From: Cenococcum geophilum
Lineage: Eukaryota
Direction: 5' to 3'
DNA: 64,000 nt
NCBI GenBank assembly: GCA_050273025.1
Contig: CP158635.1
Coordinates: 13,702,001 to 13,766,000, forward strand
The position numbers were made by a program, and so were the translations under genes. Of this stretch, positions 24,519 through 37,900 are shown one piece after another (the first letter of the stretch is position 1; each line of letters begins with the position of its first letter). The notes beneath the pieces are model-generated. The model was not told where the DNA came from. It worked only from the letters and a program-made list of their open reading frames with translations, and did no database searches.

Positions 24519-25433
24519 GCCCAAACACACTAGCTAGGAAGCACTTTACCTATAAATAGTAGAAAAAGAAAAGGAAATATAAGAACTACTAGCTTACTAG
24601 GTAGAGACCCGGCGCTATACTAGTAAAGCGCTATAACGGCGATAGAGGATAGGAGGCTACTAGTATAGATAGAGATTTACTACACTAATTATAAGATAGG
24701 CGGATCTTAAATAGAAGTAACGATGGAAGGAAGCAGCGAAAACACAAGACGTAGCCATTTAGAATACCCTATAGTTAATACTAACTCTCCCCCTATATAA
24801 AGGACTGACGAAGGCAGAAGCTATAGCTGCCTTTCTACTACGGATGGAGATCTTAGGCCTAAATGCATGGCTAGTAAGCATCTACGTTCTAAATACTATA
24901 CCCTAATGCGTATGCGGATGGCCTGTCTAGTTAGTACGCCATATACTGCTATTTTAGAGCCACCGCTTAGTAAAGGACCAACTACTTACTAATATAGGTA
25001 TAAACGACATTACCTAGATGCTCTCTATAAGTAAGGGCTTATAGGTAGCAGCAAAATGGCTTATAGGCTAAGGAATCCTCTAGTAGTTCTAAATAGCACA
25101 TGAAATCCAATAGGAGGACACTAAAAAAATACGCCCTATTTTAGCCCTATAAGGACTAAACACCCCCGCCTAGCTATAGGCAGCTTACTAGCAAATCGCC
25201 AGACCCTCCCTTTACCCCCCCTAGATCTTCCAATATACCTAGGAAGTATAGTACGTAAGGCAGACTTAAAAGATACAAAGCTATACTAGCTGGGTAAAGG
25301 CGGAACGCGTAGGACCAGCTAAAAGGAAATACTTAGGTTTTTCCCCCTACGGGGGTTTTCCTATATAGAAAGGCAGCAGCCTATATGGACCTAAAAATGG
25401 ACTAAATCGGGCAATAAATAGAATTAATAATAA
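24519..25433 (+). mobile_element. 5'-truncated LINE of a second Tad1-like family
   Basis: 15-bp TSD TATTTATTATAAAGA at 24504-24518 and 25434-25448. ORF2 C-terminus (LYEGLTKAEA...LNAWL...CACGWPVQSVRHILLF). AAT-type tail. Confidence 0.85.
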
Positions 25434-28400
25434 TATTTATTATAAAGATAATATTTGCCCTTAGCTAGTTAATTTATTTTAAAGGAAAATACCCCTAATT
25501 AATATAAGTATACTAAGGTAAAGTATTTTATTAAATATATATAGCTTAAAAAAATAGTTAAATAGCTAATTGTATTATATTTAGTCAATTTAATAAATAA
25601 AAATTATACTTAAAACCATTTTTTTGTAATAAAGCTTAATTATATTTCTTTAATAGCTATATAAGCCATTATATAGTTAAGTTTTAATAAAATATACAAT
25701 ATACAATATATAGCTCCTTTTTAGCTACTTTATTTAATATAATAACCTTTAAATCTATTTTAAATATCCTCTATTAAGGTAAAATATTTTAAGTAAATTA
25801 TAAAGTATATATATCTTAGTAATATAGCTCTAATTAAGAAGTACTATTTTATTAAGTATTACTATAAGACCTAAAAAAGGCCCTATAATAAAAATAACCA
25901 ATTTTAGGCAGTATATCTTTAGTATTTATTTATAAAGTCTATATAAAGGCTTTAAATATTTTTAAGTAAAAAAGAGAGCTTTAATAAAAGGGTTAAGCTT
26001 TAAAAAAGCTAGTAGTAATTAATTTAATAATATAATGACCCTAAAGAAGCCGTATAATATATATTATACAGCTTAAGGTCTTTATAATAAGTATATACTA
26101 AATTAAAAGACTTAGTTACTTTTATAAAAAATAAGTTAATAATTTTAGAGGGTTATTATTAAGGCAGCATATATAGGCGCTTAAATATATAGCTTATAAT
26201 TACAACTTAAAGACCTTAAAAGCCTAAAATTATATAAATAAATAACGGTAGATCTAAATATAATACTAAAATATATAGTTTTAATTAATAAAGCTATAGT
26301 AGATATAAAGGGAAAAAAAGGCCAAAATAAGGGTAAAGGGGCTAAAATTAAAGCTTTAAAATACGCTAGATTAAACGCCCAAAGCTAATATACTAAATGG
26401 TATATAAGGGCAATTAATTAATTAAATTTTGTTAAGCGTAAATAGCTTCTAAAGTGGTGTGGCCGATTTGGTAGAGTAATTAAGTTTAGGAGGTAATAGA
26501 GTTCTAGGGGTCCGAGCTTAGTTATAACGCCGTTAATAGTAGCTACTACTTTAGGAATAAGTGGGGATACTAGTATATAGGATACTAACTTGCAGCTTAT
26601 TACGGTAGGTTAATTATAGGAAATAGTTAATTAATTAATAGATAATAATTAAATACTTAAAGAATGAATTAATGGAATTGGAGCAATAAAGGTTAAGTTA
26701 CTATTAGTTAAGCGATTATTAGGGGAGAAGTTAAAGCTTAAAGGGTTTTTAGTATAAATACGTTTTAAGGTAATATAAGAGGGTGTAAAACCCACTATAC
26801 TAATAGACTAAGTGGTCTATGCAGGATTATTCCTAATAGGAAGAGCACTTAAGTGGTTTAAATTTTACTTTACTAAGATATAAGAGTAAGGGAGTGCGAC
26901 TACTAACCTAGAAGTTAAGTATATATTCTTAAGTTAGAATAGGTTTGTAGACCGACTTATATAGATATTTAGAGACTTAAAAGCAATAACTATAGTAGAA
27001 AGAAGACTCTAAAATATAGTATAATAAACTTTAGCAATTAAGTATATAATATAGTTTTATACACTAGCTATATAAGTTAAGTGGGACAATAAGGCGCTTA
27101 TAGTATAGTATAAATAAGGACTTAAAGAGAAAGTCTAGAATATAATTATCTTAATAGAAGATATGGATATACTTAGGGATCTTATAGATTAAGTAATTAA
27201 GATTAATAATAGAGTTTATTAAAGAGAACAAACTAAAAAGGGATAAGATAGAGTTATATAGTTATATAAGGCGTAAAGTACGCAACGATATAGTTAGAAC
27301 TAGAAACTATAGTATAGCGTAGAGCTAATAGACCTAAGCGGTACTAAAGAATTTAAAACGTTAGGAAATTTTTTACTAGCATTTTATTTTACTTTTTTGC
27401 TATTTTAGCATTTTCTAGCATTTAGTAGCATTTCTAGCATTTAGTAGCATTTAGTAGCTAAATGCGGCATTTATAATTAAGTATTAGCATTTAGCTGCGA
27501 AATACGGCATTTATAACTAAGTACTAGCATTTAGCCGCTAAATGCGGCATTTATTATTAAGTCTTAGCATTTAGCTACTAAGTGCTAACTATAAGATTAC
27601 TAAGCATATATAAAAGTATAATTTTTATAATTTTTATATTTTATATAAATTTAATTAATATTAGTAAGCATGCATAAAAGTATAATTTTTATAAAATTAA
27701 TATATTTTATATTTTATATATACTTTATTAATATTAGTAAGTACATATAAGACTAACTGGAGCTCTTACTACACCCGGCCTAAAAAGACTAAAACTAACT
27801 AAAAAGAACCCTAAAAAACACCTAGAGAATCCCCCTAAGATATATACATTATAGGGGAGGCATACGTCAACCGACGGTGGCTCGCACTTACGCGTAACCG
27901 CCAGATCTACGCCTAATAATGGCCCTCTATAATAAAGACGGGCGAATACTACACTATAAAGCGGAAACACCTCTATTAAGAAGGCATCTAATAAAATATA
28001 AAGCCTATTAAACGCGTCTAGTATCTAAAATTATAGGGGAGTAACTATTAGCTATAACAAACTAATATAGCTAGTAAAATGGCTCCGCCAGTTTAGCGAA
28101 CCTTAGGCGCCCCTTTAGTAACCCCTTAATTAGATCCTCTAACGGCTAAGTAAAATTAAAAATAAATAAAACTCCCTCTTACCGGCGAACCGCATTTAGG
28201 CCGCTATAGCCGCGCTTCTATAGTATAGGGAACTTACCCCCCTTAAGATAATAACCGGGTATATAATTATAATATAACTAAATATAGAAAAAGTAAAGGG
28301 GCTTAGGGGATAATTAGAAATAGAAGTCTTTATAGAGATTTATAAAGAGGTTTATAATATAGTTATAGTTTAACACCTTAGGAGCGGAGATATTAGAGTT

Positions 28401-30287
28401 ACCCTAAAGGACTAATAGGTAAAGGAATAAGCTATAAGGGTAGGGGATAGGCTAGAAGAATGTATTGGCATAAAAGTGCTCTGTAAAGACTACCTAGTTA
28501 AAGTCCTAGCGGTTTCTATAAGCCTTAGGGTAGAAAAGGAACGCTAGGCGGGTAATACAGCAACTATATAGAAGATGGTAAAATATATAAAACGCTTTAT
28601 ACTAGGCCTTGAGATTACCTAAATCTAATAGCTTTAATAGGAAAATATAAACTAAGCAAATAATAAGAATAATAAGAGGACACGAGGGTTACTAGAGACT
28701 CGCTAGAGAGACGCCGGTCAAACGCATAGCTCCCTTATTATTAGTATATATACACTAAAAATACAAAAACTCCTTATCTAAAAAGGAATAATTATAAATA
28801 GCCTTATATATAACGTAAGGCTTTATAACTACAGACTACGCCTAGAATAATGCTACCGCTATATATAATAGGGATATACCTAATCTACATGCGCAGTATA
28901 GGTGTGCTACGGCTACTATATAGGCCCCCACGATATAAGATACTGCTTAAATTAAGACTAAATAAAATGTGTAAACTACCACTAAAGCATATATAAGGCG
29001 TAGGAGAGAGAAGACTATATTAAATATAGGAGGCGGAAGGTAAGGGCTTAACAGCTACGGGAATAACTATACGCTAGGTTATATAAATAGAAATAATAGG
29101 TAATAAGCTAGGGGGACGTAGGTGCCTTTCTAGCGTTTCCTACCTTTAATACTAGGGGGCTAGGCTAGCTATCCCAAGCCTTAACGGGCTAGAAGCGGCG
29201 CTATGTAATATTACTAGACTATATAGGGATATAAGGGAGAGGATGCCCTATAGGAAGACCCCTATAGACAGCTATAGTAAGCTTAAAACTAGGATAATTA
29301 AGAATTAGATTTAATATGGCAAATATATTATTTATAGCCGACCTATTAAGGGTATATAGCTAGCTAGTAAGAATAAGGGAGGAACTGGAGATAATAATAG
29401 ATTTAAATATAAAAGCGCTAGTAGGAATATAAAACACGGGAATAAAAAGCTCTATATAAAATAAGTAGTAACTAGGGTATAGATATAAAAGACTAAAGTT
29501 CTAAATATCCTAAAGAAAGTAAAAATAGAAAAAGTAAGAAATAAAGAAGAGGCGAAAAACTCTTGCCGGGGGTCCGCTACCTATTTATTATATAGTATAA
29601 CTATAGTAATACAAACTACCGTCTTATAAGGCCTTTACTAGACAGTCTAAACCTAAAGAAACACTATATTCTTACTATATAAGAGCCGTACTATAATACC
29701 TATATATAATTAATATACTACCCCTAAGGATTTTAGCTTCTATATAAACTAAATATAATAGAACTTTGTAGCAGGAACTACGGTAGGCTTGTTATTAGGC
29801 TAAGTATATAGGTAATGCAAGTATAGAAGTCAACAATGTAATAATAACTAGCAGAGTGGTTGCCTAATAGATTAACTCTAATTGTATTCTAAGAATTATT
29901 ATAAGGAAGGAACTATCTAGGTAGGGACTAAGGGTCCTTAAATACATAACCGTACTCCTATAAAATCCTTCTTATATATAATATATGTGTGCTCTATCTA
30001 CTCTATTACGGATTACGTAGATCCTATAAATTATATAAATTATATTATATAACCTTAGTTACTATTCCTCGTCATATAGCTCTACTGGCTCCATTTTAGA
30101 CTATACCTAAATTAACTAACTAGCTTCTTCTAACTCTTCTCTAAGTAGTTATAACATTATACTTAAAGCGTCCGTAACACTATCTCCCTCCTCTCTATCT
30201 TCGTCCTTAAAGATCCTAAACGTCTTTAAGTCGTTTACTAGAGGTATAATATCCGTCTAATTAATTTAGTTAATATTATTACTTATT

Positions 30288-30890
30288 ATACCTAAAGCAA
30301 TTTCTTCTTCCTTAACTGTTCGTCGTATTCGCACTATTGCTGCGATATTATCTCTTAGTAAGATTATACCATCTTTATATTCTCGCTATTTGGAAGAGGG
30401 ATTAGTTTGTATTGCGTTAGCAAACCTATCTTTATAATAACCGTCCTCTTACTTAGAGTGCACTAAAGCAAATATTCGTTTATTCTATAACGTTTACTTT
30501 GTCTCTAATGCTAAATATATATAACCTATTACTTTTAATAGTCGTCTAGTTCCCTAATTAATTTATTTTAGGGTCTTATATTTAATCTACTACTACGTAG
30601 CTAGATAATAAACTGTCTATTACTTTTACTAAATTGCGCAATTCTTGGGACGCTAAACGAGAGGCTGCTGATGCTTAGTAACGGGCCCTTAAGTCTCGTC
30701 TTATAGCGTCCACTCGGTTAATCCGTCTTAAGAAGGTACGTAAAAAGGTTCGTTCTAAAAAGTAGAAACTTATAGAATAGGGTCTACAGGAACTTAGTAA
30801 TAAAAAAACGGATTCTCTTTTAACTAAGAAGGAAACAGATCCGAGTAGTTTAGTAACTGCTCTTCTTAGGTCCCCCTTAGGTAACTTATT
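30288..30890 (+). pseudogene. antisense accessory gene of G2: Zn2Cys6-like cluster plus coiled coil, one intron (30517-30571)
   Basis: De-RIPped: MPKAISSSSTVRRIRTVAAILSLGEIMPSLCSRCLEEGLVCIALANPS..PSSCSECTKANVRSFCDVHFVSDAE|WSRIRSTATQLDDELS...AADAQQRALESRLAASTRLIRLEKVREKVRSEEQKLVEQGLQEL. One frameshift near 30435. End coordinate approximate. Confidence 0.6.
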
Positions 30891-33800
30891 TTTTAGCGAT
30901 TTTTTCTTATTAATACTACCTAACCTAATTTCTTCTAATACTCCTATACCTTTCCTATAGCATTTTTTAAATTTTCTAGTAGCTTCTAGGTAGTCTTAGT
31001 ATAGCCTATCCACTTTACCTTATACTATGTTTTATCGTCAATATCCTTATAATTAACAATCCTTAAAACTTGCTATTTGTCTTCTTTTTATCCTCTATAC
31101 GTGTCTGCCTTATAGACTGGTAGCTTAATATCCCTATATACTAGTTCTAGCATTACAATATGCTATATAGGGTAGATCTTCATTTTAGCTAGTAGGTTTA
31201 ACTTAAACGTAACCAGTAAAATTCTTTACTTAATTTTAAAAGGTCCTAGTCTAATATGGTCCAACTTCTTACTTAGTCGTCAACTCTTAAAATTTTTGTA
31301 TAGTAGCTACACTTTATCTCCCTCCTTAAGATCTAGTCCCTTAGATCTCTTAGCATTATAGTACCTTTTCATTCTCTGTTATACTATCTTTACTATTTCC
31401 GTAAGGTCTTTATAAAGATTTATTAATATCTCCATTCTTTGTTTAGCTATACTACTCGTTTTCTTCGCTTATTATAGTAATAACAATATCCTTAGCTTAT
31501 ATCTATAATTCGCCTTAAATAGTAATATGCCTATTCCTTCTTAAGGTGTTATATTATATGCAAACTATATAACTGGTAATAATAATACCCAATTATTCTG
31601 TGCGTAATTAATATAGTATCTTAGATACTGCTTTAGTGTCTAATTTAGTCTTTCCGTCTAACTGTCTGTCTGCGGATAATATATAGTAGAAGTTGCTGCT
31701 CTAACTCCTTATTCCGCTAAGAATACTTCCTAAAATACTGCTACGAATCTTAAATCTCTGTCCGATATAATCTTATTTAATGCTCTATGTTTTATAAATA
31801 CTTCCTTAATATAGATTCTAGCGATATCTTCTACTAATATCTCTTCTGTATATGCTATAAAGTATCCCTACTTTGTAAGCTTATCTACTATTACTAAGAT
31901 TGCGTTATAATCTTATCCGGTAATAGGATCTCTTAACTTTAGTAACTTAATAATAAAGTCCTATAATATAACCTCCTATAGTCTTTTAGGTGTTTTAATA
32001 GGTTATAGCCCTCTATACAGCTTATACCTCGTCAGTTTATTTCTTTAGTAATCTAGATATTCTTTTATACCTTTTCGCGCTAGTTCCTAGATTCTATTAA
32101 TAATATACTCCTCTTAAAGTCTTAACACTAAGCCTATGGCTCTGTTATATCCTTAAGTTATTCCCTTATAGAAATCTTCTATAAATTATTCTGCTATGCT
32201 TTTTAGGATATACGTTACTTCTTAATTCTTGTATATATCTATTTACGGATCTTCTAGTTATGCTTCTAGAATTCTTTATACCTAAAAGCTTCCTAGTGTT
32301 TTATAGACCTTACCTAACTCTTCTTAAGTTGCTATAATTTTTGGATAATTATATCTAATTAATCCATCTATATCTTTTCGCAATAAAGCCCCTAATAGCT
32401 TTTTATCGTTCTATAGTTTAGCCTTATAACTTAGAGCATCTACTCGTGTGTTATCTGTACCCTTAGTATATTAAATTTTAAAATAGTATTCTATAAGTAT
32501 CTCTGCCTATCTAACCTATCTTTAGTTAAGCTCCTTTATTATTAGGGATCCTATTAGGTTCTTATAATCCGTTTTAACTATAAATGGTTTTTCTATACCT
32601 TGTAAAAATACTCTCTATTCCTTTAATGCTGTAACTATACCTAATAACTCCTTATTATAGATGTCATAGTTTAACTCTAGTAGTATTATCTTCCAACTAT
32701 AGTATGCCACTAGGTGCTATCTATCTTAATATTTCTGCATAAAGCACGCCCCTAGTATATAGTCCAATATATCTGTTTCTACAACCGTCTCTAGTCCTAG
32801 TTAATAGATTTTTAAAACTAGCTCCTAGGTAAACAACTCTTTAACTTTCTTAAAGAGTTCCTACTATTCCTCTCCCCATGCCTATAGTTCTTCTTTTTTT
32901 GTTAATCGCGTAAATAGCTTAATATTCTTTAACCACTACGCTATAAACCTTCTATAGTAATTGCAAACCCCTAAAAACAATTTTAGCTATATAACGTTCT
33001 CTAGTTTTTACTAATTTACTATAGCCTTAATCTTCTTTAGATCTATACTAAGTTAGCCTAGTTTAATAATAAATCTAATAAAATCTGTCTTCCTAGTAAA
33101 GAACTCGCATTTTTTAATCGCTACTAGCATCCGTTCTTCTTATAGTCTCCTTAAGACCCATTTAACGTATTCCCTGTATTCTTCCTTAGTTATTAAGTAG
33201 ATAATAATATCGTTAAGATATACTATAACAAATTTATCCAAATATTCTTCTAATATATTGTTAATACGCTTCTGGAACGTTGCTGGTGCGTTTATAAGCC
33301 TAAATTGTATAACTAATGGTTTATATAGTCCTTCCTTTAACCTAAAGGCTGCCTTTTACCTATCGCCTTCTTTAATCCTAATCTAATAGTACGCCTATCT
33401 CAGATCTATCTTTATAAAGATTTATGCGTTACCTATCCTATCTTAGATTTTGCTAATTAAGGGTAAAGGATACCTATCCTTCCTAGTAATACTGTTTAAC
33501 TGTCTATAGTTAATATATAGCCTTAGTTTACCATTCTTTTTTAGTATAAATAGTACTAGATAACCTACTAATAACTATAATAGTCTAATGTATCCCTTTT
33601 ATAGGTTTTCCTAGATAAACTCTTTTAATACTTTATTTTCCTCTTTAGTAAGCTTATATATTAGAAAAAACCTTAAACTTATTTCTAGTTCTAATTCTAT
33701 CTTATAGTCCTATACTATATACTCTAATAGCTTCTCGCTCTTTAGTAACCATAGTTTTTTGCTATACTTATAGTATCTCTTTAATATGTAACTTAGTCCT

Positions 33801-34970
33801 TTCTCCGTTTCTTTATACGTTACTCCTACTTAGTACTATACTAATTTAGCTTATTATCGCATCTTATAGCGTTAAGTATCCCTAATATTAACCTAACCTA
33901 TAATCCAATTGATCTTTAGATTATATTCCTATAACTAAGGCATTCCTAATACTGCCTTATTGTTTCCCAATAGTAATATATTAAAAGACATCTTAATTTA
34001 TCTCCCTTTAATAGTTAACTAAATAGGTCCTGTTTTAAGATTAATAATCCCTCCTCTATAGGTTATTAGATCTCCTAAAATTGTCACTAATAGGTAAGGG
34101 TACTCCTTTTTCCTATATAGTAAACCTATCCTTTTAACTGCTGCTAGCGAGATATAGTTCCTTATTACTCCACTATCTATTAATGCCTTAAACTATTAAT
34201 CCTGCCACTTAATTTATAAATTTAGGTATTATCCTTAAATTCCTTTAAGGGTCTAAGGCTCTACTATTAGCTCCCTCTGGTCCTATAGGCCTCTACTTTT
34301 CCTAACTATTAGCTGCTTAATCCTATTTATACTTAGTCCAACTTAAGCTAATACTTAGTTCGCTTTTTATCTTTAATATACCATAAACACGTATTTTCCA
34401 GGCATTTCTACCACTATTATCCGTCTAGGCATTCTTCCGTAAGGAATCTTTCTGGTTAAAGTATTAAGTCGCCTAACTCCTAAACTTCTACTAGATGCTA
34501 GCTATGTATATACTTAGCATTCCTATACTTCTATTCGTCTATTATCTAATACATTCTTATAGGATACTTATAGTGCTTATCTTTTGGTGCTTTATATATA
34601 TTATACGCATCATCTATACATACGATCTATAATAGTGTATAATATACTTAGTGTCTTAGGTTAACTCTTAGCTCGTCTTTATCCTTAAGTTTAAACCTTT
34701 ATTATATTAATCTAAGTGTTATAACTTTATTCGCAGGTACTAAGATACATCTTTTATTTTTCTAGTCCTCTAAGCGCTCCTTTAGATCCTTTAATATTAT
34801 AATTAAGGCCCCTTTAATATAGTTTATGGCCTTTTCTATAATTAGGTAGTCTTAGATAACTTTTTCGTCTAGCTATATATAAAAATCTTCCTACTTATCA
34901 TTATGCCTTTGCCTATACCACTTTTAGTATAGCTACTAAAGTATATACGGCTTATCCATAAGAAAGTATC

Positions 34971-37900
34971 TGTCACGGAACCCCACCGCAGGGGCCTCCA
35001 TAGGAGAGCCCCGTGCTCTCGCGTACACCTCGCGTACAGCTTATATCAGCTACGCGTAGGTATATCACCTCCTTACGCCCTCGACCCTTACGATCGATCG
35101 CGTAACGTCTTATAGACTCCTTAAATACATACGTCTTATAGCCACTGCCCCCGTCCCATGACATTACGTTGCGCCTTTTTACCACCGATATCTAGCCTAC
35201 GACCAATTCTACGTCTTTGTAATACTATAGGCGCTGCTAGAAGCAGCGTGCCTACGAGTTACCTCACTTTATACTTCTAAGGAACCTATAATAGTAAGAC
35301 AATATTCCTTACTAGCCACTATATTAAACCTAAAGAACAATCCAATACCTATACTTAACCTGCGACGCCAATTAATCCCAGGAGAATTTAATTTATTAGC
35401 CCTAGCCTTAATCCCTAAGGAGATGGACACTAATAATGTCTTATCTTTTATTAACTATATAACTACGGACAAGTAAGCGGAAGGGCTATTACCTATTAAA
35501 ATTGAAATATAAGACGCCGAGACGTTTATAAAAATGGTAGCATAAGAACTCGATAAATACTACCGCCTTCTATAGAACTACTACCTAAAGCTTATATAAG
35601 CCAAGATGCGTATTACCTAAAATCACGATATTATCCAAGACCTATAAGCTTATAAGGCGCTCGCTAATAACACGCGTTAAGAAACTAAAGATAACCTCCG
35701 CGTATCTAAACGCGACGTTTAATAGTTAAAGAAGGCTAAGATTGCACTTATTGCTACAGTCACTAAAAGAGAAGGCATAATTAAATACCTATAATCTTAG
35801 CTTAATAAGCATATTTATAATAACGCTAGATACCTCTCTACTATATATAACGCTACTTAAGTCTTTACGCCCCCGGCAACTTTACCTACTTAATACTTAA
35901 TAGAGGGTTAGCGCTAAGCAGCCTTACCTAACGGGAACCCCTACTAAAGCGATAATAAAAGCTATAACAACCGAACCTAAGCTGCTACCGTAGGGTCTAA
36001 TATACGTTACCCTAATCCCCTAGTTTTTTAAGGAGACCGTAAAGAATATAGCCACTAGAAGATATAAATCTGTAAAAAACTAACTTAGAGCGCCTACCTT
36101 TTTCCTACGGAAGATACTAAGATTGGCTATATTATCGGGCGAATAAAGGGTATACTATTTAATAGACTCTTCGCCTAATAGAAGACCAATAGCCCCTAGA
36201 AGTAGCAGTCCTACTAAAAAGTCCTTAATAATCTTAACCTAATATACCGCGACTATAACCTACTGGCTACCAACCGAGCTAAACTATATGCCCTAAAGAT
36301 AAGCCCTACTAAATTATTTAATAAGTTCTATGTTAAATTCTAGGAATATACTAGAGCCCTCGCCCGAGATGATACTAAAGACTAGAAAGATCTCCTTAAA
36401 AAAGTTACTTATCGCCTTAGTTACGCAGCCGCCAGCTATAACTATAATAATGTTTATAATATGGTAGCAGCTATATAGAAGATTGAACAACGACTAAATT
36501 AGATTGCTACTGTAAACCCTTACCTAAAGACCTCCCTATAAAAGCCCTCCGGACCTACTAAACTACTAACGCCTACTACCCTAAGTAATACTACTGGTCC
36601 TAATATTAACCTTTCTATACTAACCTTCCTGTAAAAGCTACTAGATAGAGAACGCGAGCTACTCTAGAAGCTAAAGCGTTACTATAGATATTATTAAGAA
36701 GGCTGTTATAGCTATAGCCTAAACTACCTAATAGCTAGGTTTAGTAGCCGCCGCCTAATACCTAACCTAGTACCTTAAATACCAAATATGTTGCTATGTA
36801 CTACTACTGTATAAGACGAAGACGTAGTAATAGTAGTAGAGTCGGATACGGAAACGGAAAACGCTAAGTCCTAGCCCTAAGTTATAGGTTATAACGCCCT
36901 AATAATAAGGGGATCTATATATTGGCCTGCTTAATAAATAACTTAGTAAAGATAAATAGACGGAAACAGATAGTTTTACCCGTAATAGGAACTACTACTA
37001 AAAAATAATATAAAAGCCGTTCTATAATTAATTATAGAGCTATTAATAAATTTGTAGATATCTAATTTGTGCGTACTTATAACCTACCTACCTTACCCCT
37101 TACTAAAGCCCGCGCCCTATAACTCGCTAATGGTAGTTATACCGCATAGAAGATTACCTATATAGTATAACTCTACCTAGATATAAATGGGCACTAGGAA
37201 GAACTTTAGGCCTATATTATACCACTTGCTAACTACCCTATTATCCTTAGAATAAACTAGCTTGAATAATATAACCCCGCCATTAACTAGAAAAAGAGAG
37301 AAGTAACCTTTAACTCTAAATACTATAAAGAGACCTGCCTAGGATATGGCCTAGCCGCCTCTATCTACTCCCTAGGATACCAACCTAAGGAACCCCTTAT
37401 TACCCTACCTACGACTAACTACCACTATGTAAGTGCTGCGGCCTTTTACCGTATAGCATATAGGAAAGGCTAAACCGTTACCGCAGCCTTCTAATTACAA
37501 CTATATAAGCTTAATAAAGAATAGGACTACGTCCTTTATAGTAATAGGATAGACATAGTTAACCTTTTAGAAAACAATGCCCCCGTAGAACTCTATAGAC
37601 TTTTACCTTTAGACTTTAAGAAGTTTATAAAGCTTAAAAAAGGACTTACCAATAAGGAACTCCGTAAGCTCCTCTCTAAGAGGTACTATAACTTTATTAA
37701 CATATGCTTATAAAAGAGCGTAGATATACTCCCCCTATATTAACCTAATAACTATACTATTAATATTAAATAAGGAAAAACGCTACCCTATAAGAGACCC
37801 TACTTAATATTAAAAGACGAACTTCTAGTTGTTAAAAAATATATTAACGAGCACCTTAATAAAGGGTTTATTCGCCCCAGTATATCCCTAGCAGCCGCCC

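Larger units (their letters stand above)
8700..26518 (+). mobile_element. pogo/Fot1-type DNA transposon, degenerate, split by two LINE insertions
   Basis: TIR AGCTCGGACCCCTAGAACT at 8700 and its reverse complement ending at 26518, flanked by TA. Transposase remnants at ~8840-9160, 24250-24518 (WNMDEFG-like) and 25449-26390. Confidence 0.8.

Noticed and set aside
27400..27750. Repeat-spacer-like array resembling CRISPR
   Set aside because: Irregular subterminal repeats of a eukaryotic TIR element; no unique spacers and no cas genes.
27751..27920. Possible ribozyme in the 5' UTR of LINE A/B
   Set aside because: Only simple hairpins (CCCCT...AGGGG, CGTC/GACG) are visible, with no HDV or hammerhead core.
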